Shown piece after piece: positions 23,603-37,050 of a stretch of DNA of 64,000 nt. The stretch's first letter is position 1. Each line of letters begins with the position of its first letter. The DNA is taken from positions 1,984,001 to 2,048,000 of the forward strand of contig JBHGNT010000003.1 of NCBI GenBank assembly GCA_043228905.1, read 5' to 3'. The notes below the pieces were generated by a model. The model had not been told where the DNA came from. It made no database searches and saw nothing but the letters and a program-made list of their open reading frames with translations. Made by a program: the position numbers and the translations under genes. This stretch comes from Azolla caroliniana. Taxonomy: Eukaryota; Plantae; Polypodiophyta.

Positions 23603-26600
23603 TTGTGTATTACGAGGAAATGCTGTGTATTTTGTATTTGATTAAACTTGATGAGTTGGGTTCGTGGACTCTAGACAGTTGGGCTTTTAGTTTTTTTTGT
23701 TGTCTTACATGTACATGTTAGTGTATTGTTGTGATCTACCTCTACAAAAATCAAAGTTCAGAATGACCTCTGAATGTAAGCTTAAAATTCTGAGAGATTG
23801 GCCCTTTATTCGGCTTGCATTTGTGACCTTTACTTGCTTGAGATTAGTGTCTATTATGTGTGGTTTTTGACCCTTCAAACTTCAAATGTTTTGTGCAGGG
23901 TTTTGAGCTTCAGATTTTATTTGTTTGTTTGTATGGGTTTTTCAGCTCAAGCTAGGCCTTCCTGAGTATATTGTTGTGATTAACATACAACATTCATACT
24001 TTATCTATTCATGTGAATATCTTTGTTTTACTTTTGATTGAATGTTTCTCTCTCTCTCTCTCACACACACAATGTGCAAGTTAGAAAACAAAACTCTTGT
24101 GACACCAATGAACACTCATTATGTTTTGCTGATTGATTTCCTTATCGTGAGAGTTCACGAGAGAAAATCCACTTCTCACCGAACCGAGCTATAGCCCATT
24201 CACCTAAGGTTAGGGTCTTGAAAGAAACTACTAGCCTTATTTATTACTGTCTGTCTACACCGAATGAATGGCTCACATGGGTATGAATATGACATGATAA
24301 GGTTCAAGATCTTGCATCTGAATTTTCCTTTTGCCAACCGAGTATAATGCTGTTTTGACAAGATAATGGTTTCTCATATGATGATTGGGGTGTGACTATG
24401 TTGCCGCTTTATATCTGACCATTTTGCTTTGGTAAACAAGTATTCACCTAGTCTGCCCATGTATTATTATGTTGCTGCAATTGGTGAATAAATAGCCTTG
24501 ATGCTAGTCCATGTTCGAACTTTCATATGGAAAAAGATCTAGCTCATGTGAAGCTATCCTAACATTATTTATGAGTAAAATCGCTCGTCCCATTTAATGA
24601 GACTAATATTTTCCAGTAACAAGCTCGTTTTTGACATAATGTCTTAGATCTCTGTTGATTGTGATAGTCACAAATATTATAGAGTTCCTTATGTGATGCC
24701 AAATTCGGTGATTTGACATATGATGTAGGGTGTTTTGATATGTGTATTGTTGGTATCGTTTGCGATCGTACATATGTACATATCAATAAATCGTAATATC
24801 CATCTCCTTGTGGCGTCTGAATGTATTCACCAAAACGTGTATGTGTTGAGTCGCTCAATTGCTATTCTTCCCAACACAAGAATGCCTAAGCATCTAAAAC
24901 TTTTCATCCAAGGCCACACTTGATCGAGATTAAAGAAGCATTGAGATTAGATACATAAGTGTATTTATATGAATTCATTAGATTTTGAACTAACGATCGA
25001 TCTAATCATGAGCTTACATGTGTAGGACATAGGCGCATAGTTCTAGTTAACGTCTTATTGGATTTATATATTTAATTTTGACAAGAAGCTAGCGTTATCA
25101 TAGAATATGAGTGTTGTGCCCTAAAGAGACTAGAAATTTTTTATACCAAGCAGAAAGTTAGATACATAAAAGTTGAAACCCCTCTTCTCCCTTGACATAA
25201 ACCAACTTGGATCAAGTATAGAGGTGATTGAGACTATTTTTAGTATATTTAACATTAAGTCTAGTTGAAGTGTGTAGTTGGATTTGTTTCCTCCCTCTCA
25301 TGGGAGGTACAACAAATGGAAACATGTCATTGTTTTGTTGAATTTGTTAATACAAAACATTTTTGTGTAAACATCGAAGAAATAGTTGCTAATTGTTCGA
25401 GGATTGTTTGGCATGTTTGAGGCAATATGAAATCAACGATATTAACTTGAGCTCCATATGAAATTTAAAATAATCGGTGCATCTCATTATAATTAAATTT
25501 AATAATTTATGTTCAATAGTTTGCTATAAAATCATAACAGTAGAGGTTCTATGAGAGACGTTAATATGGTTTCACGAGAATAATGTTAATGTACATTTGA
25601 AAATGATTTACGATTAATAGTCATAATGAAATTTAAACCACAAGTAGTAAGAAATACTTTTACAACAAGTTCGAAGTAGCAACTACTTTTACAACAACTT
25701 CGACAATAATATTAATCAAGACCCTTAGAAAATGCAATTGTAATTTGTAAAGGATTCTAAAATTTTCCTTCTATAAACAATTCATATACAGAAAGGAATC
25801 TCGATAAAGCAAACTCATATAGAAGGTGGTCATTTATTCGTGAAAGTGACTTCAAGGCATTTATGATTGGTAAGAACAAGTTGGATGTTGATTTTACTAT
25901 TATAAGGATGACATTGGAAATGCTGGGTAGCAATGAGTACTTTGTAATGAGACAAAAGAATAAGTCGCCAAGTATAATTTACTAATTAGCATGGGGCTCC
26001 ATCCAACAAAATTTCAGAGATTTGATTCTACCCTACACTGTAATCAAGCAAAATGTGAGGGTTTCACCTTCGTGTCAAATGATAAAATGGATGGATATTA
26101 AACATACTCGATAAAAAGATTTATAAACAAAACAACTATTGAATAAATTGTGATAAATGATTCAAATCCTTTACATGGAGAGTTCATTTCAAGGTTCAAG
26201 CTCCATTCTGCTCGATCAAAACTATAAAAGAGATTTATAAGACCGTATTTCTAAAATGAACAAGCAATATCAAAAGTACACATGTTTATTTCCATATTGT
26301 CTTCTTAGTAAGCCTATGGGTTGTAAAGGCACTTATTCAGACACAATAAAGGAAATTAATGCCATTAATGGTAGTAATGAGATTTAAGCATACTTTATCA
26401 GCCTTACAAAAATATTTAACGAATTATTTTGGTAACGAGATCCACCAACATTAGTGTAGCTTGGAAAGTTACTATATGAAAGTATTCTTTCTACCTTGAT
26501 AGGGGAATTGGTTCTTGCGTAATGCAATTTTAACTTTCACGCATCATTCTTTTTTCCTAGGATGAGGGTTGATTAGTTTGCATTGGAGACTTTTTTTTCT

Positions 26601-28767
26601 AGGGTGGCTACACATACCTAGGAAGTCAGTGGCACTTGGTAATCTAGAGAACGAATCCTTTCTCCTAGGGGACCATAGGCTTTTCTTGGCAAGATGATTC
26701 ACTTGTCCTAGGTGTGTATAGCTTCCACATGGGGTGTATCCCCTTTTCCACTTGGGAGAAGAGGGAATCCATGCCAAGTTTAACACAATGTGGAAAGGGG
26801 GATACACCTAAAGTGTTAACACAATTAATGATATCATTGGGTTGACATTGAAAATAAACATTTGGTGCTACATTGATGTGAGAAGGGTGATTTTCCAAGC
26901 ATGTCTATTTGGATTGGAATTTGGAACCTTGTCAAGTGAAACACGAGTTTATACATTTGTGTGGGATCATATGTAAGAGGAAATTTAGGTCTTGTGACAT
27001 CTAAATGTTGGTAGTTATCTCCTAATGGCCAACTCCACAACTTTCACAATTGTTTTTACGTTAGAGCAAGTGGTTCAAAATCATTATACAAAGATAATGA
27101 TGATGTTATTATATGAAAGCAAACAAATGTCGGGGGAAAAGTTAGAAAACAATTATAAAGTACTATGAAGCAAGTGAAAGATGTGAAACTTGGAGATTAT
27201 AATATATAATTTCATATTCAGGACTCCATATGAATGCTAGCAGTATAGTCCATACTATATTTGATGAGTTTATAGAGTTTGAAATGATAGATAAAAGGTC
27301 TTATTAGAAGGTTTAATGACCTTTGAGGTTCAAAAATGAATGTGGTCAAGGTGATGAACATTGAGAAATATCTAAAGAGGGAAGACAAACCATATGTATC
27401 TTAGTAGGAGAAAAGTTTCATGCAAACTGTAAGTTCATGCAATCAGCCCACACATTATGCAATGCATGTAGTATAGTGCAATTAATGTGGCTTAAATCCA
27501 CGACTATGGGTGTCTAAAATTATCTCTTGACACCAGAGTATAGTCCGAAAATGAAAGAGAAAAACGCCAACAATTTTTTTGTGAGATTGGTAAAAACGTT
27601 TCGAATACACATATCATGATTCATGAATGTACATGAAATTAACTTTTTGAATATGCATGTTGCAAATATAATCTTGAACCTTCTTTAATCCTTAACAATT
27701 AAGTGTACATATTACATTAAAATAATGCAATGCATACAATGTATTCTAAACAATTTTTTGCTTTTATTTGAAATATATGGATGCTCCACTAATTGCCCTA
27801 GATGTGCAATGATGTATATGGTGCATTTGTGAAAAGTTATGCTAGGGAAATATTAGAACTCATGCTTGGTTATGAGTGTATGATGTGTACTTGCCCATGT
27901 ACACTTATGTTTGGTTTAATATCAGTTGTGTGTACCTTTGTTTGGTTTGCAATGTGCTTGAGTGTCATGATGAAGAATTACATGTTCATACTTGCATGTT
28001 AAGAGTCTATTCCCATTATGTAGCTACTAGCACTTCAACAAATGATATCTTCTCGGAATGTGGAGGACTCATATATGTAGTTTATTATGCAAATGGAGGG
28101 GGACGAAAGACATTACAGACCATCCATTTCGGAAGACCTCGTTCAGTTCAGCGGTGCTATGTGGAGCTTTATTATGCTTGTCAAACACATTGATAAGTTA
28201 AACATTTTGTGATTCAACAACATTTAATCCATATAGGGTGAAAAAGTTACATTGTACCAAGGGTAGAGGTTGTCAACCACTTCCTAATTACAACATCATC
28301 ATTAGTACCTTTCTTTGTGATACCAAATTCCTTTTCGAAATGGATGGAAAATAAATCTAACTCATGTTTCATTAGAAAATTATTCGGCAACAAGCACTTA
28401 ATTTATTGAAATATAATTTCCATTGTAATGTTCTGAAACAATTTCATATCTCCCTTTTGGTATAATTAGTGATTTGTCATCACGTTTCCTTAATTTAGAA
28501 ATTCAATCTTTGTAAAATTTTAATTGTATATCTGGGTGTGTAGTTAATAGAATGGTTGTAATCACGTAGCGTAAATCTTTTCTTGAAACGTATTTAAAGA
28601 TACAGAATTTCAAATGAGAAGACACTGGAATTGGATTTATTTCTAAATCATAAAATTGTAGACCTCACACTCGTAAAAATACATTGATGTACAATAAGAC
28701 ATGCAATGAATGCTGAGGGAGTCTCCTTTAAGAAAAGAGTTCCTTTTGAATATGCCCATGGTCCATC

Positions 28768-28939
28768 TAGTATGACCTCGTGAATTGATGCTCCCTAGTT
28801 TGGCCTCAATTAAGCCAAGTTGGAGTAAACCATCTCATGCCAAGAAAGTGAGCTTATTAAACGTTAGACATGTGGTCTAAGGTCCTTTTAGTATGACCTT
28901 GTGAATTGATGCTTCTAATATGGCTTCAATTAAGCCAAA
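28768..28939. repeat. Direct repeat pair of about 51 bp, 121-bp spacing, just upstream of LINE-B
   Basis: TAGTATGACCTYGTGAATTGATGCT...CAATTAAGCCAA at 28768 and 28889. Confidence 0.75.
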
Positions 28940-29043
28940 TATTTTTTGTACACCAAGAATCACTTATACCTGGTAGGGCACATTTTTGCACGTTGACCAT
29001 CCAAGGGCAACGATGGAACTTCATGAATGTTTATGCTCCAAAT

Positions 29044-29906
29044 TGACGAGAACTCAACGCTCGTTATTCACAACGCTCGGCCACCACCGAGCTTAGAATC
29101 ATACACAGAAAACAGGAAACGAAAACACGACACAAAGGAGAGAAAAGGTACACATGATGTTTACGTGGAAAACCCAAACTAAGGGAAAAACCACGGCAGC
29201 CCACCGGCTGCAAACTATCACTATGTTGGAATGTACAAACTATGAGTTCACGAAGGCAACGACCTCGTGCACACGATCTTCGCCATAGGCGGCGGTTACA
29301 ACAGAGGCAACAACCTCTTTCTCTCTCTCTCTCTCTCTGTACACTGTTACGTGCTCTCTCTTCTTCTTGCACCAACAAGAAATGACAACAACAGTAACTA
29401 AAAGTTTGCCCTAAGTCATATTTATACTAATATGACTTTTCGGCTATTTACAAATATAGCCTTGATGGACTCTCAGAAACATATTTACGAATATGTCTCT
29501 TCATCCGGTTCTCACCGGGTCTACACCATCCGGCTCGCCGTAGCCGGGTACTCCTCATCCGGATCTCACCAGGTCTGCACCATCCGGCTCTCCATAGTCG
29601 GGTACTCCTCATCCGGTTCTCATCGGGTCTGTGTCATCCGGCTCTCCGTAGCCGGGTACTCCTCATCCGGTTCTCACCGGGTGTGCGTCATCCGGCTCTC
29701 CGTAGCCGGGTACTCCTCATCCGGTTCTCATCGGGTATGCACCATCCGGCTCTCCGTAGCCGGGTACTCCTCATCCGGTTTTCATCGGGTCTGCGTCATC
29801 CGGCTCTCCGTAGCCGGGTACTCCTCATCCGGTTCCGGCCTCGGCCGAGTTTGTTCATTTGCACTGTTCTTCTCTCTTCCCATCCGGAGGGACCTGTCTC
29901 CCAACA
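29044..29906 (-). mobile_element. Solo LTR of the Copia-3 family with TSD CAAAT
   Basis: Reverse-complement homolog of the Copia-3 LTR including six 54-bp units. CAAAT at 29039-29043 and 29907-29911. Confidence 0.95.
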
Positions 29907-31215
29907 CAAATAACATAACAGAAACAACAACATTCTGGGACCGCATCCGCCTACAAGTAGTGGGTGCGGAAGAGTGGTGCATTGGAGGGGATTTTAATAT
30001 GATCGAATCCATTCACGATAGCTCCAACAACAACCCCATAGTTCTACAAGGAAGGGAACACAAACAATGGGAGAAGCTATGTGTCCACCTTAACCTGCGA
30101 GACATCTGACATTCTGCCAACTTCCAACGGAAAAGGGATTCTCTCCTATTCTCCTGATCAGACGGGCGGAATAGTGGACTTTCTCTGACCATTACCCGGT
30201 AGCTAGTCATTTTCAATTGCACCGAAAATGGGGCCCATTCCAGACTTGCATCCCACACACTATTTACACACTTATAGACGTGAAGGACCAACTATCCAAC
30301 CAATGGTCATTACCCGTCAATGGCTCATTAGCATCGGACAAACTTTTAGCTAAATTAACAAGAGCCTCTACTCTCCTACATGAGATTGTCAAGACCAAAC
30401 ACAAGGATGCTCAGGAGAAGAGATAGAGGACAAAACGAGGACTAATAGCCTTACAACGACTCCAATAGAGATACCCGTCCTGTATTTGGATCACAGGACA
30501 AGTCGCCACGGCCAAACAGGAACTTAGCATGGCAAAAAAGGTAATATATGACATGGAGTTTCATGGCAGCATGGCGCGATGGATTCGAGTAGGGGACAAA
30601 ACCACAAAGGAATTCTTCCGCTCCAAAGGCCCGAGGCATGCTAGAACTATGATGCGCAGCCTCAACCGGGAGGATGGCGACGAAATGAGGAATATTGCCA
30701 CAAGGTATTATAGCCGCCTACTTACCGAAGACATTATAGCTACAAGGGAAGACATAAGCGATGATATTATCCTCCAAAGCATACCCGAGAAAGTCACGCC
30801 GGAAATGAATACCTAGCTTGTGCATCCCCTATCAATCATTGAGATATGGGAGGCCCTCACTGATTTAGATGCCGAGAGCTGCCCCGGAATCGACGGTCTC
30901 ACCCCGCACTTTTTCACATGCCTTTGGGGCACTATTAAAGAAGACCTCCTCCAGGCATACGAGGAGATCATTACCTCTGGAAGCATGCCGAAGGAATTTG
31001 GACAGGGGATGATACATCTCATTCCTAAAAGTGGTGGGAAGCCAACGACATTCACAAGTGGCGACCCATTACTCTTCTCAATATTGTCTATAAGTTGCTC
31101 ACAAAAATCGTGGCACACCATTTAACTCCACTTCTCCCTCAACTCATTCATCCATCCCAGACAGGTTTCGTTAGAAATCGGAGCATCCTAGACAACCTCT
31201 TCTCATTCTGGGAAG

Positions 31216-32082
31216 TGTTGGGAGACAGGTCCCTCCGAATGGGAAGGGAGAAGAACAATGCCGATAAACAAACTCGGCTGAGGCCGAAACCGTATGAGGA
31301 GGACCCGGCTACGGAGAGTCGGATGGTGCAGGCCCGGTATGAACCGGATGAGGAGTACTCGGCTACGGAGAGCTGGATGGTGCAGGCCCGGTATGAACCG
31401 GATGAGGAGTACTTGGCTACGGAGAGCCGGATGGTGCAAGCCCGGTATGAACCGGATGAGTAGTACTCGGCGACGGAGAGCCGGATGGTGCAGGCCCGGT
31501 ATGAACCAGATGAGGAGTACCCGGCTACGGAGAGCCGGATGATACAGACCCGGTGAAGACCGGATGAGGAATACCCGGCTACGGAGAGCCGGATGGTACA
31601 GACCCGGTGAGAACCGGATGAAGAGACATATTCGTAAATATGTTTCTGAGAGCCCATCGAGGCTACATTTGTAAATAGCCGAAAAGTCATATTAGTATAA
31701 ATATGACTTAGGGCAAACTTTTAGTAACTATTGTTGTCATTTTCTTGTTGGTGCAAGAAGAAGAGAGAGCACGTAATAGTGTACAGAGAGAGAGAGAGAG
31801 AGAGAAAGAGGTCGTTGCCTCTGTTGTAACCGCCGCTTGTGGCAAAGATCGTGAGTCCGAGGTCGTTGCCTCCGTGAACTCACTGTTTGTACATTCTTAC
31901 ATAGTGATAGTTTGCAGCCTGTGGGCTGCCATGGTTTTTCCCCTAGTTTGGGGTTTTCCACGTAAACCTCCCGTGTATTTCTTCTTCTTCTTTGTGTCGC
32001 GTCTTATTTCCCGTTTTCTGTGTATCATTCTAAGCTTGGTTGTGGCCGAGCGTTGCGTAGAGGGAGCGTACAGTTCATGTCA
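31216..32082 (+). repeat. 5' LTR of Copia-3 (867 bp)
   Basis: TGTTGGGAG...TCA termini, with TATAAATA at about 31696 and an (AG)n tract. Confidence 0.96.
31294..31617 (+). repeat. Six 54-bp tandem units in Copia-3 U3 (also 36261-36584 and 29501-29824)
   Basis: Unit ATGAGGAGTACYCGGCTACGGAGAGCCGGATGGTGCAGGCCCGGTATGAACCGG. Confidence 0.95.
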
Positions 32083-32084
32083 AG

Positions 32085-32096
32085 TGGTATCAGAGC
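32085..32096 (+). promoter_or_regulatory. Primer-binding site (tRNA-iMet) of Copia-3
   Basis: TGGTATCAGAGC, 2 nt after the LTR end. Confidence 0.95.
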
Positions 32097-32112
32097 GAAA
32101 TCGACACAGAAA

Positions 32113-35100
32113 ATGGACGAATCGTTTGGCGGCATGTTCAAGCTCACCGGCTCCAACTATTCAGTGTGGAAGTCGAGATGAGGGACATGCTCGTGGTTAA
32201 AGATCTTTGGCTACCGGTTCAGTTTGGGGACAAGAGATCGGACAAGATCGACGCCACAATATGGGAGGTGATGCACATGAAGACAACGACGTACATACGG
32301 TGCTTCATCGACATGATCCTGTACAACAACTTCAATGAAGAGAGCAAGGCTCATGAGCTCTGGGAGAAGATCGGCATAATGTTTCAAAACAAAAATGCTG
32401 TTAACCAGGTTTCGGTATTCCGGAAGCTAGTAAGACTCCGGTACCAAGATGGCTCCAGCATGGCGGAGCATATGAATGCCTTCCAGGGGCTGATACACCA
32501 GGCAACATCATTGGAAGTACCTCTTGCCGATGAGGTACTAGCGCTACTCCTGCTCGGTTCCCTCCCGGATAGCTGGGAGATGTTGGTTGTCACCTTGGGC
32601 AACGCCGGACCGGAAGGAAAACGGTTATCCCTAACAAGAGTAAAGTCGAGCTTGCTAGATGAGGAGGCGCGTCGGAAGGATAAAGATACGAGCTCCAACT
32701 CCAAAGCGCTCCTTACCGAATCGGAACGCGGAAGACATAGAAACCGTAGTCCCTAGAACCGGGAGAAGTCGGGGACACGGTCAAAGTCAAGGGGGAGGCC
32801 CACTTGCTTCTATTGCGGCAAGCCGGGTCACTTCCAAAAGAACTGTTGGCATTTTCGTAAAGACAAGGAAACCGATGGTACCGATTCGAAGCAAACCCCG
32901 GACCGGAACGGGAAAGACCGGAACGGGAAAGACCGGAGGGGGCCGGATCGGAAGGGAACGACGGAAATCGCGGCAAGTGAAGAAGAGTTGATGCTCATCA
33001 CCGAGGAGTGTGAGATAAACCTTGCCGGCGACGAGATGACCTGGGTGGTAGACTCCGGAGCATCGTTCCACCTTACCCCGGACCGGAAATGCTTCTCATC
33101 TTACTCAGCCGGTGATCACGGCTGTGTCTGGATGGGGAACGAAGGTACATGCCGAATTGTCGGCACAGGAGACGTGTGGCTGTCAACACCAACCGGATGC
33201 AAGTTGCTGCTGAAGGATGTCCGACACGTTCCTGAGGTTCGTCTGAACCTGATATCAGCCGGTCGGCTAGATGATGAAGGCTACACGGGTAGCATCCGGA
33301 ACGGTGTCATGAAGTTTAGCAAAGGGAGCTTGATTGTAGCTCGGGCCCGGAAGGTCAACACACTGTACCTGATGAATGCCCGATTATGCCCGGAAGAAGT
33401 GAACGTGGCTTCCGACACTGCCGGTGAGCTGTGGCACAAGAGGCTGTGTCATATGAGCGAGAAGGGGATGAAGAGGCTTGCAGACGACAACCTCATTCCA
33501 GTGAAGAACGTGCACTTAGAGAAGTGCACTGATTGTCTGGCCGGTAAGCAGAATCGGACCTCCTTCCGACCAAGGCCACCGATGAGACGGAATGCACCAC
33601 TAGAGTTGGTGCATACGGATGTGTGTCAAGTAGACACGAAGTCACATGCCGGAGCGCAGTACTTCGTGACGTTCATAGATGACCACAGCAGGAAGCTGTG
33701 GGCCACACCGTTGAAGACGAAGGATCAGGTGTTATCTGTCTTCAAAGAGCTCCACGCGAGAGTGGAAAGAGAAACCGGCCGGAAGCTGAAGGTGGTTCGA
33801 GTAGATAACGGAGGAGAATACCGGGGGCAGTTCGAGGAGTACTGCCGCTCGAAGGGAACCCAGCTCAAATTTACCGTGCCGAAGATGCCGGAACTAAACG
33901 GACTGGCCGAGAGGATGAATCGGACCATAGTGGAGAGGGTTCGGAGTATGCTAGCACATGCAAAACTACCCAAGAAGTTTTGGGCTGAGGCATTGTCGAC
34001 GGCGACATACGTGATAAACAGATCACCCTCAGTACCCTTGGAAGGAGACACGCCACAGAGGGTATGGACCGGTAAGGAAGTGTCCTACCGGCATCTGAAG
34101 GTGTTCGGGTGTCTCGCGTACGTGCATGTAGCAAAGGACCGGAGAGGAAAGTTAGATCCAAAGACCCGGCCATGTATATTCCTCGGTTACGGTGACGATG
34201 AGTTTGGCTACCGAGTGTGGGACCCGGTCGACAAGAAGGTATTCCGGAGTCGAGATATTATCTTCATGGAGGACAAGACGCTCGCCGACTGGGAGTCGGA
34301 GAAGAAGATAATGAACTCCGAGTCGACCGGTAAGGATCGACTCTACGATGAGCAGACCCAACCAGCGAGAGACCGGTTAGCACTCGAAGAACCAGCCGGA
34401 TACGGTGAGGATATCGAACCGGTAGAAGAAGAAGTAGAGGAAGCTGAAACCGGAACCGGCCTAGACCCTGAATCGGATTCGGATGAAGAGCAAAAGGAGG
34501 AGCCGGCTACCGAAGCCCAAAGACGGAGATATCCTCTCAGAGAGAGAAGGCCCCCCCCGGAGATTTCCGGATGCAGAGCATGTTCTGCTGACCGATGAAG
34601 GGGAACCGGAAAGCTTCGAAGAAGTGAAGGAAGACACCCACAACCGAAAATGGTTAAGTGCCATGCAGGATGAGATGGATTCCCTGCATGAGAACCATAC
34701 GTACAAATTGGTGGAGTTGCCGAAAGGAAAGCGGGCACTCCGAAACAAGTGGGTGTACAAGTTGAAACCGGGAGATGCCAACAACCCCCCGAGATACAAA
34801 GCCAAGATCGTGGTGAAGGGGTTCCAGCAGAAGAAGGGCGTGGACTTCGACGAGATATTTGCCCCGGTAGTAAAGATGACCTCCATCCGGACGGTGCTGA
34901 GTATAGCGGCAAGCATGGACCTCGAGGTAGAGCAGCTGGACGTGAAGACGACATTCCTTCACGGCGACCTCGAAGAGGAGATCTACATGCAGCAACCAGA
35001 AGGATTTGTGGAGAAAGGGAAGAAGCACCTGGTATGCCGGTTGAAGAAGAGCTTGTACGACTGAAGCAGGCTCCCCGGCAATGGTACCGGAAGTTCGACT

Positions 35101-36172
35101 CCTTCATGACCGATCAAGGGTACCACAAGACGCAGGCCGATCACTGCGTGTTTGTGAAGAAGTTCGAAGGAGGGGACTTCCTGATACTCCTCCTGTACGT
35201 GGATGACATGTTGATCGTCGGACGAGACCAAGTAAAAATACGGATGCTGAAGAAGGCTCTCAACCGGACCTTCTCAATGAAAGACTTGGGTCCGACAAGA
35301 CAGATGCGGGGGATGCACATCATTCGGGACCGGTCAAAGAAGCAATTATGCCTGTCACAGGAGAAGTACGTGACAAAGGTGCTTCACCGGTTCAACATGT
35401 CAGATGCGAAACCGGTCGGATTGACACTTCCGGCAAACTGCAAGCTATCCGGTAAGCAAAGCCCGAAGACGAAAGCAGAGAAGGCGGATATGATGAAGAT
35501 CCCATATGCCTCTGCCGTCGGGAGCTTGATGTACGCAATGGTGTGTACCCGACCGGATATAGGATACGCAGTCGGAGTGGTGAGCCGGTTTATGAGCAAT
35601 CCCGGCAAGGAGCACTGGAACGCGGTCAAATGGATACTCCGGTATTTGAAGGGCACTTCAAATATGTGTCTCCGATTCGGCTCCGGAAAACCTCAACTGG
35701 ACGGTTTCACCGATTCGGACATGTCGGCTGATGTGGATACCAGCCGGTCTACATCCGGGTATGTGATGACATATGCAGGGGGAGCTGTTTCGTGGCACTC
35801 GAGGCTGCAGAAGACGGTTGCATTGTCAACCACAGAGGCGGAATACATGGCGGCTGTGGAAGCCGGCAAGGAAATATTATGGATGAAGGACTTCATCGGA
35901 GAGCTCGGTTCCGGCAAGAGGAATACCGACTCTACTATGACAGTCAAAGTGCCATCCACCTTGCTAAGAATGCGGCCTACCATTCCCGGACGAAGCATAT
36001 CCAGCGGAGGTATCACTGGATCCGGGAAAGAGTAGATGACCAGGAGTTCGCACTGACGAAGATCCACACGGCCGAGAACGGGTCAGATATGCTGACCAAA
36101 GTGCTGACACCCGACAAGCTGGACGCATGCCGGAAGAGGATCGGACTGGTAAGACACCCCATGTCGGAGTGA
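32113..36172 (+). pseudogene. Copia-3 gag-pol, disrupted by frameshifts and a stop
   Basis: MDESFGGMFKLTGSNYSVWK, zinc knuckle CFYCGKPGHFQKNC, PR (WVVDSGAS), INT (VDNGGEY, NGLAER), RT (LYVDDM) and RH (SDMLTK). Breaks near 32175, 32754, 34555, 35060 and 35910. Confidence 0.94.
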
Positions 36173-36180
36173 AGGGGGAG
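36170..36180 (+). promoter_or_regulatory. Polypurine tract of Copia-3
   Basis: TGAAGGGGGAG, 2 nt before the 3' LTR. Confidence 0.9.
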
Positions 36181-36182
36181 TT

Positions 36183-37050
36183 TGTTGGGAGACAAGTCCC
36201 TCCGGATGGGAAGGGAGAAGAACAGTGCCGATGAACAAACTCGGCCGAGGCTGAAACCGTATGAGGAGGACCCGGCTACGGAGAGCCGGATGGTGCAGGC
36301 CCGGTATGAACCGGATGAGGAGTACTCGGCTATGGAGAGCCGGATGGTGCAGGCCCGGTATGAACCGGATGAGGAGTACTCGGCTACGGAGAGCCGGATG
36401 GTGCAGGCCCGATATGAACCGGATGAGGAGTACTCGGCGACGGAGAGCCGGATGGTGCAGGCCCGGTATGAACCGGATGAGGAGTACCCGGCTACGAAGA
36501 GCCGGATGATACAGACCCGGTGAAGACCGGATGAGGAATACCCGGCTACGGAGAGCCGGATGGTACAGACCCGGTGAGAACCGGATGAAGAGACATATTC
36601 GTAAATATGTTTCTGAGAGCCCATCGAGGCTACATTTGTAAATAGCCGAAAAGTCATATTAGTATAAATATGACTTAGGGCAAACTTTTAGTAACTGTTG
36701 TTGTCATTTTCTTGTTGGTGCAAGAAGAAGAGAGAGCACGTAATAGTGTACAGAGAGAGAGAGAGAGAGAGAAAGAGGTCGTTGCCTCTGTTGTAACCGC
36801 CGCCTGTGGCGAAGATCGTGAGTCCGAGGTCATTGCCTCCGTGAACTCACTGTTTTGTACATTCTTACATAGTGACAGTTTGCAGCCTGTGGGCTGCCGT
36901 GGTTTTTCCCCTAGTTTGGGGTTTTCCACGTAAACCTCCCGTGTATTTTTTCTTCTTCTTTGTGTCGCGTCTTATTTCCCGTTTTCTGTGTATCATTTGA
37001 AGCTTGGTTGTGGTCGAGTGTTGCGTAGAGGGAGCGTACAGTTCACGTCA
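36183..37050 (+). repeat. 3' LTR of Copia-3 (868 bp)
   Basis: Direct repeat of 31216-32082, followed by the TSD. Confidence 0.96.

Larger units (their letters stand above)
31216..37050 (+). mobile_element. Full-length Ty1/copia element 'Copia-3' (Tnt1/Tork-like) with TSD GGAAG, nested in LINE-B
   Basis: LTRs 31216-32082 and 36183-37050, GGAAG at 31211-31215 and 37051-37055, PBS and PPT present. Confidence 0.97.

Noticed and set aside
24000-28700. Short ORFs such as 26544-27040 and 27802-28193
   Set aside because: No motif or splice-consistent gene model could be supported.
29432-36657. Repeat-peptide ORFs (SSSGSHRVCTIRLSVAGY / ESRMVQARYEPDEEY) as genes, or the 54-bp arrays as CRISPR
   Set aside because: They are translations of LTR U3 tandem repeats whose unit length is a multiple of 3. 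There are no unique spacers or cas genes, and the context is eukaryotic.
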